A stretch of DNA of 64,000 nt from Azolla caroliniana. Taxonomy: Eukaryota; Plantae; Polypodiophyta. Positions 48,987 to 62,400 of this stretch are shown here, in pieces; within the stretch, counting starts at the first letter, position 1; every line of letters begins with the position of its first letter. Position numbers and translations under genes: made by a program. The stretch spans positions 19,158,001 through 19,222,000 of the forward strand of contig JBHGNT010000012.1 of the NCBI GenBank assembly GCA_043228905.1. The letters are read 5' to 3'. The notes under the pieces were generated by a model. That model saw nothing but the letters and a program-made list of their open reading frames with translations, made no database searches and was not told the origin of the DNA.

Positions 48987-50289
48987 AAGATGCAAACCAT
49001 AACTTATTCATCACTCTTGATCTCATATGACTATCACGACTTAACCTTGTATAGTAGTAATTTTGACCCCAAAGAGAGATTTGACCATGCTATCACATCA
49101 TACCCATGGTTTTGCCTCTAGCAAGGCCCTTCAGATATTAATAAGCATCATCATTAACCTTCTTTATAGCTGGTTAGGAGAAAGTTTCGATAGATCGATA
49201 CGTTCGGTATGTGACACTCAGGGGGACCAATATCAGACAAAGGTTAAAGAATCATCCCTAATGATTGCATTCACTTTGATGCAATGCCAATTTATTGTGA
49301 ATTTACAAATGACCAAAGATTGCTGGACTCACTTGAACATTGTCGAAACTCTTTAAGAAATCATCCGAGAATAATCAAGTTGTATACTTTTTTTCCTTAA
49401 TTGGATAAACTACATAAATAACCTTTACAATCCAAAATTTAAACAAGGATAGAAAAATAACATTTGTGGTAACAGTCGCCATTCTTAATGTGTTTTAGAT
49501 AAAGGATCTTCATCTTTGAAGCAAATGTGTATCAAATGGACCATCAAACTTTGTTTGGAGCTAGCATTTTTTAAGGTGGTTATGTCCCTCTAAATTTGGC
49601 CTGAAGTTGCGCTGCTTGATGATTGAAATGCAATAAGCTGAGCTCAATATTTTATTTTTTCAACCTTTGATGTAATATTTTGTATAACTGATGATGGGTG
49701 CAACACTTTGGTGACCTTTGTAAATTCTCCATTACTCTAGCTAATAGTAATGTACTTGCAAGCAAATTCGTATGCTTTACTACCATGAGTGTGATGCTTG
49801 GGCCACGCTAATGAGAGAAATGGAACTTTTAACTTCTAATGATATTGTAAACAATTTCCATAGGTTCAATGGAAAAAAGGAAAGATTGGAAAGCAAAGTA
49901 TGAAACAAATATGTACTTATATGGTAAGTGTGTAAAACAAGAGGAAGATTTTATCCCTCTTTGTAATTTATACATGTATTGGGTTTAAGAATCTCACTAC
50001 TAACATATTTGTCTATGTATCTATCCATCTACATGTGATGATGTTAAGTATATAAAGTGCCATAGAGTTGTTTCTCTTATTGTATGTTTCATACCAGTAC
50101 TAAGACGGATTGTTCATGTTTCATACAAATAGGTTTTCTCAATGACAGAAAACCAATTGGATCCAATCTATCCTACCATTTGCCTTTTTGGCATTGACTA
50201 AAACTCTACAACATGAAGTTCCCATAGTTAGTTAGCGCCTATTATTAATTTGCATGAGCCTTTGGCTCAGGTATATTTAATGTTATTAT

Positions 50290-52520
50290 TAAGTTTCTCC
50301 TGGAGGTGTCTTTGTATTTCTTGTACTTGTGTCCATAATTTGCTCTTGCATTTTATTTTCTCCAAAAACTTTGTCAATTATATTTTTGAATGAAACAAAC
50401 AAGAGAGTTTAAGAGTTCGGTGGCTTATTGTGAAGCATTCCTTTATGAGACAATATGCATCTAGGAGTACAAGAAAGGGCTTGGGTACACCATACACGGT
50501 ATTAAGTTTCAAAGTTTTTATGTGTTTCAAAAGGTAGATTGCCATAAAATTGTTTGGCTTTTCTATGCTCCTAATTTTGGAAGTTAATGCATGCCAGTTA
50601 ATATAAGGAAAATGATTATTAGGAAATGCGCAAAACACTTTCTTAACATGACCATTACAAGAAGATATTTGATAGAGCTTTGAGCTACCATCCCAAACTT
50701 ACATATTGAAATGGATCGATTAGTCTCAAATCTCGAGATGAAAGTATAATTATTTAATAGTTTGCTACTTAGAGCATGGAAGCATGTACATAAAGGGTTG
50801 GGACATGGTGTACCAACATGTGAGGAGGAATACTTAAGACAACACTTAGTGTGGAATTTGAATATTCGTTTGTCGTCAGGGCACATGTTGGGGTCCTGTA
50901 CGAGATTGGATTGGGCCAAGCTCAATGTAGGGCCATGAGCGTCAGTTGATGTGTGGAAATCCTTTCTTACTTTGCATATAAATGAAAGGTCAGAATATTT
51001 AACCTCCTTGAGAGGGGGGCAGACTATGTGGGACCAGGTGCAAATGGTTTTTGGGCACTCATCCTCTATGGTATGGTCATTTAATCCTCCCAGGTGGGAA
51101 GGGGCATTTACGAGGCTTCAAGTGATGGTGGGGGTAATGGGATATTTGTCTTGCAGATGGTTTCAAGACTAGGATGTGGAGGAAGTGTTGAATACGAGTG
51201 TATAATGGCCGTATTCACATTGTCCCTTTGGATAACCCAAGTTTGGGCCATTTCTGTAAATAGCATAAAGGGCAGCTGCCCTAGGATAGTCACTATATAA
51301 AGTGACTTTGTAACCTTTAGTGAAGGTTGGTTGTCATTTGTAACTGTTGCTATTAGAATATAACGTTTCCTTTGTGCCTCTCTCTCCCTCTCCCTCTCCC
51401 TCTGTGTCTATCTTGCTCATGCATACACAGGTTCTTCTTCATCACGAATGTTGCTTGCACTTCTGCATTGACGGCCTTGTCCCCAACAGGAAGATGGCGT
51501 TATATGTAGATCAACGATACAACCAGAGATCTTGCAATATGGGTCCTTGCTTATGATGGATCTAAGTGGATCATCGACCCACAAGTCAATGCAGTCAAGG
51601 AACATTGGAAATTGAGAATTTTTGAAAAGAAACCCTTGATAAGGTTGCAATGGGATCCGGGGGAATTTTGGTGGAAAGATCCATTTGACCGTTTGGAAAA
51701 AGGTGTGGTTTTTTTTAGTACTCACTTAAGATTGGATGACACATTTTGGCAGTTGAATGCAGGACTGCACCACATGCTAGTCAATTTTGGACCCATCAAG
51801 GGGTCACATCTAAATTTTTAGCAATGTTTTGGAGGACATTATGGGCAAGGAAACAAGATATGAAAATAAATGTCTTCCAATGGCTAGTAATACATAGAGC
51901 ATTACTGGTCGGCCAATGGTTGCAACAATCAGGTGGATCGACTGCATGCATCTATTGTAGTTGCTAGATGGAGACATTTAAACATTGCTTGTGGGAATGT
52001 CAGGCTGCACAACAAGTTTGAAGAAGAGTGTTCCAAATTCTAACCTTTATGTGTATGGATGACGGTTTTTCGTGGGGTATGGTAGTATGGGCTACGATAG
52101 CACAAATGATGTGGCCATATGAGGCATGCCCAAATGATTCGATTATTAGAATTCAAAGAGGAAGGATAAGGGTGGTGCAATGAAGTCATATGGAAATTCC
52201 TTAGATGTTAAGGCAATGCGAAAGGTATGGGAGCTGCTATACACCACCACAATATGGTTTATTTGGACAACTAAATGTTCTAAGGTGTTTGATAATAATA
52301 TTGTTCATCCCGTGGAAAGTGTACGGAACGTCTGCATGCATATGGTGCATACCTTCAAAGGGTGGTATGATGAAATTAAAGGTAAGACAGATGCTGCAAT
52401 GTTGTAACGACTCAAATTTATCGCCTATTGGAAGAAGGGCCCTTTTCTCACACCACAAAATGCAAGACCCATGTGGTGCTTAGCACCACCAGTATGGTTG
52501 TTCCCACCACCAATTACATA
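50290..52520 (+). mobile_element. Decayed LINE (L1-like) ORF2 3' portion
   Basis: zf-RVT-like FWRTLWARKQDMKINVFQWLVIHRAL…CIYCSC*METFKHCLWEC and WELLYTTTIWFIWTTKCSKVFDN. Many stops; the 5' boundary is approximate. Confidence 0.75.
51027..51488 (+). mobile_element. Possible solo LTR inside the LINE remnant
   Basis: tgtgggac…gtccccaaca quasi-inverted termini; TATA ctatataaa at about 51294 followed by tgtaac and a CT tract. No TSD found. Confidence 0.4.
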
Positions 52521-52542
52521 GCTAGGTTATTGAGTGGTAGAA

Positions 52543-55500
52543 TGTTGATACTATCTATCCTTTAGGGATGGGGACCCATGAAAGAGTGCAACATATCAAG
52601 GGAAGCTTGACGGTAGGTCAACATTCTTGTAACAAATGTGTAAAGAATCGGGTATGATTCTTGTGAACGGAATAGATATGAACTGTGTGTGTGTATGAGA
52701 GAGAGAGAGAGAGAGTGAGAGAGACAAGGAGTAAGACACAGAGAATATGTAAGGCAAAGTATGTTAACAAAGGAGAAAGACTCAACGGTTGCGCGGTTGC
52801 GGAATCCACGCCTTATTGCGTAGTGTCTTCAGTACTCCCCCTCAAGCTTGGCAAGTTAGGTATTGTCAATCCGAGATCGGTCATGAATTTCCATAGCTTG
52901 TCGGCTCCTAAGGCTTTAGTGAAGATGTCGGCCGTTTGAAGATTTGTGCTAATGTGTTGTAGGTCGACATCGCCAACTAGAACGCGCTCTTGGATGAAGT
53001 GATAGTGCACTTCGATGTGCTTTGTCCGCGAGTGGAACACTGGGTTCCGAGCTAGGTAGATACTGCTCATGTTGTCGCAGTAAAGGGAAGTCAGATCCTT
53101 GATGGGTACGCCCAGATCCTTGAGTATCCTTTTGAGCCATACGGCTTCATATGCGGCCACTGCCGCGCCCCTATATTATGCTTCTATGCTCGAAAGAGCG
53201 ACGGTTGGTTGCTTTTTGCTGCTCCAAGATATTGCTCCGCTGCCGAGGGAAAAAACAAATCCGGAGGTTGATCTTCTATCGGCTTTGTAGCCGGTCCAAT
53301 CGGCGTCTGTGTACCCCTCGAGTCGTATTGGCATCGTAGTCTTGTAGAGGATGCCACAATCCATTGTGCCGCTCACGTATCATAGAACTCACTTAGCGCA
53401 ATCCAAGTGAATATCACGCGGTGTTTGCATGAATTGACTAAGGAGACCGACTGGATAACTGAGATCGGGTTGAGTGATCGTGAGGTAGATGAGACTCCTG
53501 ATGAGTTGCCGATACTGAGTTGGCTCACACGCTTTGGTGCCGGAGTTCGCATCTAGTTTGCGATTGCGATCGAGCGGGGTTGCTGCGGATTTGCACTCAG
53601 CCATACGGAACTTGTATAACAAGTTGAGGATGTAGTGCAGTTGAGAGATCATGATTCCGGCCGGAGTCCGAATTACCTCGATGCCGAGGAAGTAGTGGAG
53701 CTCCTTCATGTCTGTCATCTCGAACTTGTCGGAAAGGAGGGATTTGACCTTATTGATATCGACGAGATGCTCATTCCAATGACTAGGTCATCCACATATA
53801 AGATGATGACGATCGGACTTGTGGAATTGCTTCGTATGTAGAGGGAGTTGTCCGATTTTGACATACGGAAGCTGATTTGATGAAGATATTGCATTATCTT
53901 CAAATGCCAAGCATGCAGTGCTTGCTTGAGGCCGTAGAGTGGCTTCTTGAGTCGGCATACAACTTTCGGATGGGTGCTCGAGTTGAAGCCGGGTGGTTGT
54001 ATCATGTACACCTCCTCTTCTAATTCGCCTTGTAGAAAGGCGTTCTTGACGTCCATTTGATGGAGGTGCCACCCTTTCACCACGACAAGTGCAATTACGG
54101 TCCATATCGTCGTCATCTTTGTAACCGGGGCAAAGGTCTCCTCGTAGTCAACTTTGTACGTTTGGGCGTAGCCTTTTGCTAAGAGTCACGCTTTGTAGCG
54201 GTTGACAGAACTGTCAACGTTGTACTTCACTTTGTAAATCCATCTACATCCGATAGCCTTTTTGTGTGGTGAGGTGGGAACGAGATCCCACGTCTCGTTC
54301 TTGCCTAGTGCCTGCATCTCTTCATTCATGGCTTCGATCCATCGCGGATCCGTGGCTGCTTCGGAAAATGTTTCCGGCTCGCGTAATGTCGCCAGTTGAG
54401 TGTGAGTTGACTCATTGTCGTCGAAGCGATCGTCTTCGTATTCCTACATTTTCGCCTTGCCTTTGTCCATCTTCAGGCTAGGCCGTGATGTGCTTTGATC
54501 GCTCAAAGGCTCTTGTGGTCCACTTAGTCGGGTCGTGATCAGACTTTCTTCGAACATGCGCGTAAGGCGATCTTCATCCTCTATCTCTAGTTCGACGGAT
54601 TTCGGGTCGAGCGGAGTCGGAGTCGAAGTTGTCTCTAGTGCGTACCAGGATGCAGACTCGTCAAAAACGACATCTCGACTTACTTGAGATTTTCGAGTTG
54701 AGGGGTTGTAGCACTTGTACCCCTTTTGCTCCAGTGAGTATCCTACGAGGATACATTTCTCCGACTTCGCGTCAAGCTTTTGACACTTCTCGTCGGGGAT
54801 GTGCACGTACGCTATCGTGCAGAATATCCGGGTGTGCGATAAGTCCGGCTTCTTTCCGAAGTATTTTTCGTGCGGAGTGACCTCGTGCACTCCGGATGTT
54901 GTGCACCGGTTCATTAGGTAGACGACCGTATTTGCAGCTTCGGCCCAATATGATTTGGGCATATGCTTCTCGTTCATCATGGCTCGCACTACTTCGAGGA
55001 TGTGCCGATTTTTGCGCTTGGCTACGCCGTTTTGTTGCGGAGTGTGTCGGCAAGTGAATTCTCGTCGGATTCCTTCCTTTTGGAGATACGCCGTGAAATC
55101 GCTCGAGAAGTACTCCTTGCCGCCATCTGATCGAAGGCATCGTACATGACGACCAGTGGCTTTTTCGACTTCGTTTTTAAACCTTTGGAAGTGTTCGAAC
55201 ACTTCACACTTTTGCCGCATCGGATAGAGCCACGTGTGCCTGGAGAAGTTGTCGATGAAGAGCACGTAATATCGGCATCCGCCGAATGTAGCCGTCTGTG
55301 CTGGTCCCCATATGTTGGAATGGACTACATCGAGTAGACCTTTGCTCACGTTCCGCTCTTTCGGGAATGGGTGTCGGTGTTGCTTGCCGAATTGGCACAC
55401 TTCGCATACACCTTCAATCTCCTTCTCTTTGAATGTCGGGAGTCTGAGGACGACTCCTTTCAATTTCATTGCTTTGAGTTTGTTGAGATTGATGTGGCCG

Positions 55501-56127
55501 ATTCGCTTGTGCCATAGCTCTCTGTCAGAGTCGGCTTTCATGCTTTTTGCGAACATGGTGGATGTCATCTCGTGTGAATCGAGAATGAACATCCGGTCCT
55601 CTCTTCTTCCATGCGCGATGATTCAGCCCTCTTTTTCGATGAAGCACCCTTCTTGATTGAATCGTACTTGCATCCCTTGCTCAACAATTTGGCCGACCGA
55701 GATCAAATTCTTCGTGATGGTGGGAACATGCAAGACATTTTTAATGTATGTTTGCTTACCTCTTTCGCCGAACGGAACATTGCCGATGTGCCGAATTGGG
55801 TGCGTAGTGTCATCTCCGGTTTCGACATAACCGGGTCGCTCCGGCTCTCGAAGTTCGAGAAACCATTCTTTATGAGATGTCATATGGTTTGAGGCTCTGG
55901 AGTCAACAAACCATACATCCTTCGTGGTGGCTGAGCTTTCCGCAATATCCGCATTCGGTTGCGTTTTGAAGGCTCGGGCTGGAGTGGAAGCTCCCCCTTC
56001 TTGCGAGTCGGTGTGCCGGTCCCCATATGTCGCAAAAATCCTTGATCTTCAAGGTGTATGTCGTGATGAACATGTCCCTTTGTTGAATGTTGTTCAACTC
56101 TTGGCAGAGTTGAAGCCTTCTTGCGGT
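52543..56127 (-). mobile_element. Ty1/copia relic (copia-4), 5'-truncated
   Basis: Gag fragment QELNNIQQRDM; PR VDSRASNHM; INT 54444-55592 (LRSDGGKEY); RT QMDVKNAFL…LYVDDL; RH TDADW…HSRTKHIEVHYHF…ADIFTKAL. PPT GAGGGGGAG (52835-52843, minus). Probable 3' LTR 52543-52834. Confidence 0.9.
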
Positions 56128-56602
56128 ATAGATAGTATAAATAAGAAGAAAAAAGTATAATGTGATAGTTGAAAGAGTTGACCCACTTATAGATCATTTT
56201 CTCTAAATTTATAACCTTGTGGTTAGGGTTCAATGGTTTGGGCCGCCTACCCCATGTTCCAAGCATTTGACGGTCACTTCCCAATAGGGTTCTCAGGACA
56301 AACATGCATATGAAGGCCAACACAAATAAGTTCCAAATATATGACGAGCTCATTAAGGCTTTTGAATGGAGAAATTGAGCTCCCAACTCTTTGATAAGAT
56401 ACATTAACTCTTAGTAAAGATAGACAAGTTCGAAAGCCAAGAGAGCCTCATTTAGGGCTTATTTGTCTTTTACTAGGAAAATAGATAAGTTCAAAAACCA
56501 TGAGAAGCTGATTAAGGACTTATGAATGGAGAAATCTAACTCTCAACTCTTTGATAAGAAACAATAGTCGTGTAGGAATAAAAGAATGTTAGAGTATGAG
56601 AG

Positions 56603-57120
56603 TATAAGTACGAACACATAAGAAGCATGGACCTCAATCATGTATATCCTTCAAGAAAGACATTACGTCGAAATTAGAGGCAATATCCATGTAGAGAAGG
56701 GCAAGGAAAAAGAAGGCCAAGAAGTCTAGGCCTCTAGTACTGTAGACTAGGCATTAGTGAACATAGTTGAAACTCATATACGTAGAAGAACAAAGAAAAA
56801 AGTGTTACCCGTAGGAGTGTATGGGGCAGTATGATAAAGGGATTGTTGTATATGTGTAATATATAAGTACGAACACATAAGAAGCATGGACCTCAATCAT
56901 GTATATCCTTCAAGAAAGACATTATGTCGAAATTAGAGGCAATATCCATGTAGAGAAGGGCAAGGAAAAAGAAGGCCAAGAAGTCTAGGCCTCTAGTACC
57001 ATAGATTAGGCATTAGTGAACATAGTTGAAACTCATATACGTAGAAGAACAAAGAAAAAAGTGTTACCTGTAGGAGTGTATGGGGCAATATGATAAAGGG
57101 GTTGTTGTATATGTGTAATG
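56603..57120. repeat. 259-bp tandem duplication within a probable old LTR-like segment (about 56130-57356)
   Basis: Units start tataagtacgaacacataagaagc at 56603 and 56862. Downstream are ctatataaa (57241), …gtaaca (57356) and tggcgccc (about 57385). Confidence 0.85.
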
Positions 57121-57890
57121 TATACGAGTGTGAGTGAGGATAAATATGTGTATGAACACACATGCACAATTATGTGCATGTGTACAAGAATGTAACAATC
57201 TTTTTGTAATGGTCATATTATATAACTGTTATATAATGTACTATATAAACTCCCTAGGGGACATGTAATGAATATAGAACTTTTCCCTCTCATTTTTGTG
57301 TCTCATTGTTTCTCCCTCTTTCTGTCTGTCTGTCTCTCTCCCCCTCATGCGTAACATTCTTGGGAGGGGGGTGGAGCTGTTCTTGGCGCCACCCCCCACC
57401 CAATAACAAAAAGTGGCACAAATAAGCTTATGGTGCAATGAATGTTGGACCTAGAATCATTCAAAGAGGAAATCGATAACCATTCCATGAGAAATTGTCA
57501 ATACAACTCAAGTAATCGCCAAATGGAAGTGTTAGTACTAATGGGACAAGAACAAGGATGGTTGGAAGTTGGGCAAGTCACACATAACACTCAAGGTGGA
57601 ACAAAGAAGGTGGTTAGGGTGGATATCCTTCAACTACAAGAAGTTGGGACATTGAGGGCATGAATATACCTTGAAGCTTAGGTAAACAAAATAGAAGACG
57701 GGAGAATTCTTCCACCTACAATATTTTTACCTCTCAACAATAACCATTATTGTCCTCACACCAAACCACAATTTGGAGCTTGGCTTATCACTTGATGAAT
57801 ATGGAAGATGTTTATGCAACGGAAGATGAGGACTTGCAGGTTGGTGTCAAACAAACAACAACACAGATAACTAGAAGAATAGATATGCAC

Positions 57891-59489
57891 TGTTAGCAAG
57901 ATTCAAAGATCAAGAAGCACAGACAGTTATACTCAATTAAGCTCAAAAGGCCGACTTACTTATTCCCTCCAAAAACTCTTGGTCTTTGTTACAATGACTT
58001 AATTGGGCTTTATATAGTTAAGCCCTAACTAGGTTGTGTGTTAACACTAGAGATACAATTGGGTAGAGTCGAACTTTTATGCCTACAAGCTCTCCGTAAA
58101 AGGATTACTCTATACGGTATACAATCTGTTGGGGTTATCTCCCCCGTAAACCTAGATTACAATTTGAATCTAAAGTTACAATTGTATAATTACAAGTGGA
58201 TCGGCTTATGGCCGAATCGGTAGAGGTTACGTCTGAATCTGGCCTAATTATGCTAGTGTCCAGATCTGGTATCGTCCGGATGGGTTTTTTGGATTGGCCG
58301 GATCGGATGGTGTTTGGATAGGCTCGTCAGTCCGGATTGGATCGTGTCTGATTCCGCCTTTCGGCCTCTAGTCATCCTTTGGCTCTCTACTTGCGTTTGC
58401 TCTTGTGATCCTCATTGGATCCTTGATCGGTCTTCGGCTCCACTTGTCCCTCGATCATCTCCTTTCCAGTTGACTTCCTCACACATAACTGCATTCTTAA
58501 CCTCCAGCTTCTTCAACTTTGCCTTTTCACCTCGTCCGGTTGGGCCTGCCTTCGACTTACCTGCTGCATCCGTTTGTTTGGCTCTTTGTTGCTCGGTTGC
58601 ATGTCGTAGTCCCATATGCTCTCTTAGTGCTCTGAAACACTGTTCTAGGAGTGGCTTTGTCAGGTTGTCGGCGATATTCACCTCCGAGGTATTTATCTTC
58701 CGAACTTCGAGGTTTTTCTCAGTTACAAGCTCCCAGATCCTGCCATTATGCACTCTTGCCCGTTGCCGAGTCGGACTGTGCAACCGGCTCCGGCCGAATA
58801 GTCCGAGAGCCATTCAATGTCGGGGTCACGTGAAATGTGGCGTCAGAGTCCAGTAGCCATGTTCGTGCGTCCTGAGCACTATATAGGACTTCACCGGTCG
58901 AATAGTCTTCCAAGGAAAAGACTTCTCTGAACTGTGATTCAACAACATTGACTTGGTTGCCTGTGAAAGAACGGTTCGAATCGGATTGTCCTTGAGTCCG
59001 ATCGAATCTTCGACCATTCTCATTTCTTTCTATTGGCTAGTAGTTAGAAATGTTGTGGTTGGCCTTTCTGCAATGTGTGCAGAAAGCGTTCGACCAACCA
59101 TTCCTTGATTTTGATCTTTGCCGATCGTCCCTCCTCTTCGGCCGACTAGTACTTTGGTCGACTCTTCCAACTGGCTTGATTGAGTGGTGGGCTTCTACCG
59201 AATCATCGATGGTGAGACCCATAGATCATCATCGTATGTCCTCTGTCAGGACTTGTTCGATTGCTTCATCCAAATTGAAATTCGGACCATTGTTGGCGAA
59301 TGTCGTACGGAAGACTTCCCAACTCGCTGGCAAGCTTGAAATGAGGGAAAGGGCCTTAACTTCTTCTTCAAAGTTAATCCCTTGGGAGGAGAGTTCGGAC
59401 AACTCTCGACTGAAGGTGTTGATGTGGGAGGTTGTTGGATACGACCCTCTCATCTTCATATCGAATAATTGTCTTATCAATATGAGTTT
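57891..59489 (-). mobile_element. Internally deleted Ty1/copia relic (copia-5), cut by copia-6
   Basis: Gag IRQLFDMKM…ALSLISSLPASWEVF (59229-59480); knuckle CTHCRKANH; PR WLLDSDATFHVT (about 58830-58860) followed within about 70 bp by the RNase H end IWELV…NIADNLTKPL. LTR-like sequence ends at 57891. Confidence 0.75.
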
Positions 59490-62400
59490 TATTGAGAGAC
59501 AAGCTCAACATCGGCCGGATCGGCTGAAGAAGCCGAGGACCGGATCGGTTGGGACCGATCGGTTAGGCCGAGTGCGTAAACCGGGAGGTCGTTAGGAAAG
59601 ATATTCCGTGAGGAATATATTTGGGAGTTAGTGTAGGAGCTCTTGATGAGCATTGAAGTACTGTCAGTACTTCGGTCAGTCCTCTTAGGACTTGTATAAA
59701 AGTGTTCACTGAGCACATCTTATGTACAGACTGAGTATTATTGTTGAATATAGTTCTTGTGTTCTCTCTCACTCTCTCTGTCTCTCCCGCGTATACTACG
59801 TAAGCTCAAGCTCTCCATTAAACCTGAGTTTTCTTCCTTCTGTTCGGTCTTCATACCTGCTTCTGCATGCTACTTTCTACATGGTATTAGAGCGCGAGGC
59901 TTGAGAACCTCTCTGCAGTCGACACATCTTGACGAAGAAGAACGATGGATAGAGGCATGGTGAGCTCGCTTCCAACAGAGAAGCTCGACAGAACCAACTA
60001 TGCGTCTTGGTCTTACAAGATACACCAGTACCTGCTCGGGCACGGCTACTGGAGTTATGTCGAAGGAGCTAATGATGCAGCACCCGAATCGACACACAGA
60101 GACTTCCCGTCGTGGGAGCAATCAGCGAGCAGGGTATTGTACTACTTCGTGTCATGTGTGGGCGAACAACTATTGAGCTATGTTCGGGATGCAAAGACGC
60201 CAAAGGGTGCGTGGGAAAATCTGAAGAAGATTTTCGCCGCGAGCACCACAGCCAAGAAGCTTCAGCTTCGACAGGAGTTGAGCAACCTACGACAACGCGA
60301 CTTGTCGGTGGCGGACTATACCTCGAAGATCAAGGATATCTGCGACTTCCTCGCCTCCATAGAGGTGAACATCGAGGAGAGCGAGATGGTCCAGATCTGT
60401 CTCGGAGGTTTGGCGTTGAAGTTCGGAGCGTTCCGAACGGCTGTGTGTACCCGGGAGAATACGCCGTCCTTTTTGGACTTACAGTCGATGCTCCTGGTAG
60501 AGGAGAACCACATGGGTGCGTCGACGAGCACGCACACCGACAACAAGATGTTGTACACGGAGGGAGAAAGGCCCCGTGGTCGTGGCGGACGAGGCGAGTC
60601 AGTACGCAATGGAAGCGACCGACGAGATCAAGGAAGAAGGCACCGAAGTGATGCCGACAGCAACTCCGGACCCTCCGGAAACAGGGGGAGTCGAAGCGAT
60701 GAGAACTGGCAAGGGAAGGCCATCGCAGAGTGCTGGTACTGTGGCAAGAAAGGCCACAGGGAAAGTGAGTGCTGGAAGAAGCGCGCCGATTTGGAGAGAA
60801 CCGGTTCCGGAAATGGCTCCGGACATACCGACAAGGGAAATCGGCAATGTTCGCACTACGCCGAAGACTCTGGGAGAGCCGGAGAAGGGTTTGTCTTCGT
60901 GACGAGACACAAAGTAAACTCAATGAAGCAGACCACCCCGAGATCAGACGAGGTGTGGTACGTAGACTCTGGCGCGTCAAACCACATGACGAGCCATAAG
61001 GAGTGGTTCTCGTACCTTGAAAAACCGATACAACCTGGAGTAGTCGCAACTGGAGACGACACTCCGCATCCGATCGCGAATGTCGGAGAAGTTCCCCTTA
61101 GCCATGTTGGGCAGAAAGGGAAACTCATGAACGTGCTACACGTCCCGACAATCACGAAAAACTTGGTCTCGGTCGGACAGATCGTCAACCAAGGGATGGA
61201 GGTTCGGTTTACACACCTCGGGTGCTTCATTGAGGAAGAAGGCCGTGTGATTGCGCAAGGGCGCAGAGACAGGAGGATGTTCATCCTCGACTCCATTGAC
61301 GGCGGCACCGCAATGTTCGCAAAGGGAAGAAAAACCGAGTCGGACATCGACTTGTGGCATAAGCGGATAGGCCACGTCAACTACCAGCGGCTTCAAGATC
61401 TGCAAACGAAACAGGTAGTATTCGGATTGCCCAAATTTAGTGGCCGAAAGGCACAAATTTGTGAAGCCTGCCAGCTCGGGAAGCAACACCGACTTCCTTT
61501 CCCAAACGAGCGAAACCGGAGCCGGAATAAGCTCGACCTTATACACTCCGATGTATGGGGGTCGGCACAAAACGTTAGTCTTGGCGGGAGCCGATATTTC
61601 ATCTCCTTCATCGACGACCACACGCGGCACACGTGGATCTACCTCATTGAGAGGAAGAGCGAAGTCTTCGACTGTTTCCGAGACCTCAAAGGGTTCGTGG
61701 AAACGGAAATGGGACATAAGATCCAGTGCCTGCGGTCGGATGGTGGGAAAGAGTACTTTTCTGGTCAATTCAATGGTTATCTACAACAAATGGGAATTCG
61801 GCGTGAATTCAGTTGTAGATACACGCCGGAGCAGAACGGCGTGGCCGAGAGGAAGAATCGGTCGATTGTGGAAGCGGCACAGGCAATGCTGGAGGAGAAG
61901 AGCTTGCCCAAGTTCTACTGGGCCAAGGCGGTAAGGACCGCGGTATACATCCAGAACCGGATTGGAGACAAAGTGTCGGCGCACCAGCTATATTTTGGAA
62001 CGAAGCCGAACTTGCGACACTTGAGGGTGTTCGGTAGCATTGTGTATGTGCATGTACCGAAGGAGAAAAGGAGGAAGCTGGACGCAAAGGCCGAGAAGTG
62101 CATCTTGATCGGTTACTCGGACGAGCAGAAGGGTTATAAGTGCTATAACCCTCGCACCAAACAAGCGCGTGTCAGCCGCGACTTTGTGTTTGACGAGTCC
62201 GCGTCCTGGTACCTGCCCCCGACTCCGAACCCTGCCCCCAATCCGAGCTCTGACGATGAGGTCAGCGAGGCCGAGATGCCTCCGAATGAGCCCGAAATCG
62301 AGACCCGCGAAGAGAGTCCGATTTCACTTCGGTTAAGTGGACCGATTGGACGACTGAGTCGATACGACCAGTCCGATGAAGAGCCGGCGAGTAGTGGAGA

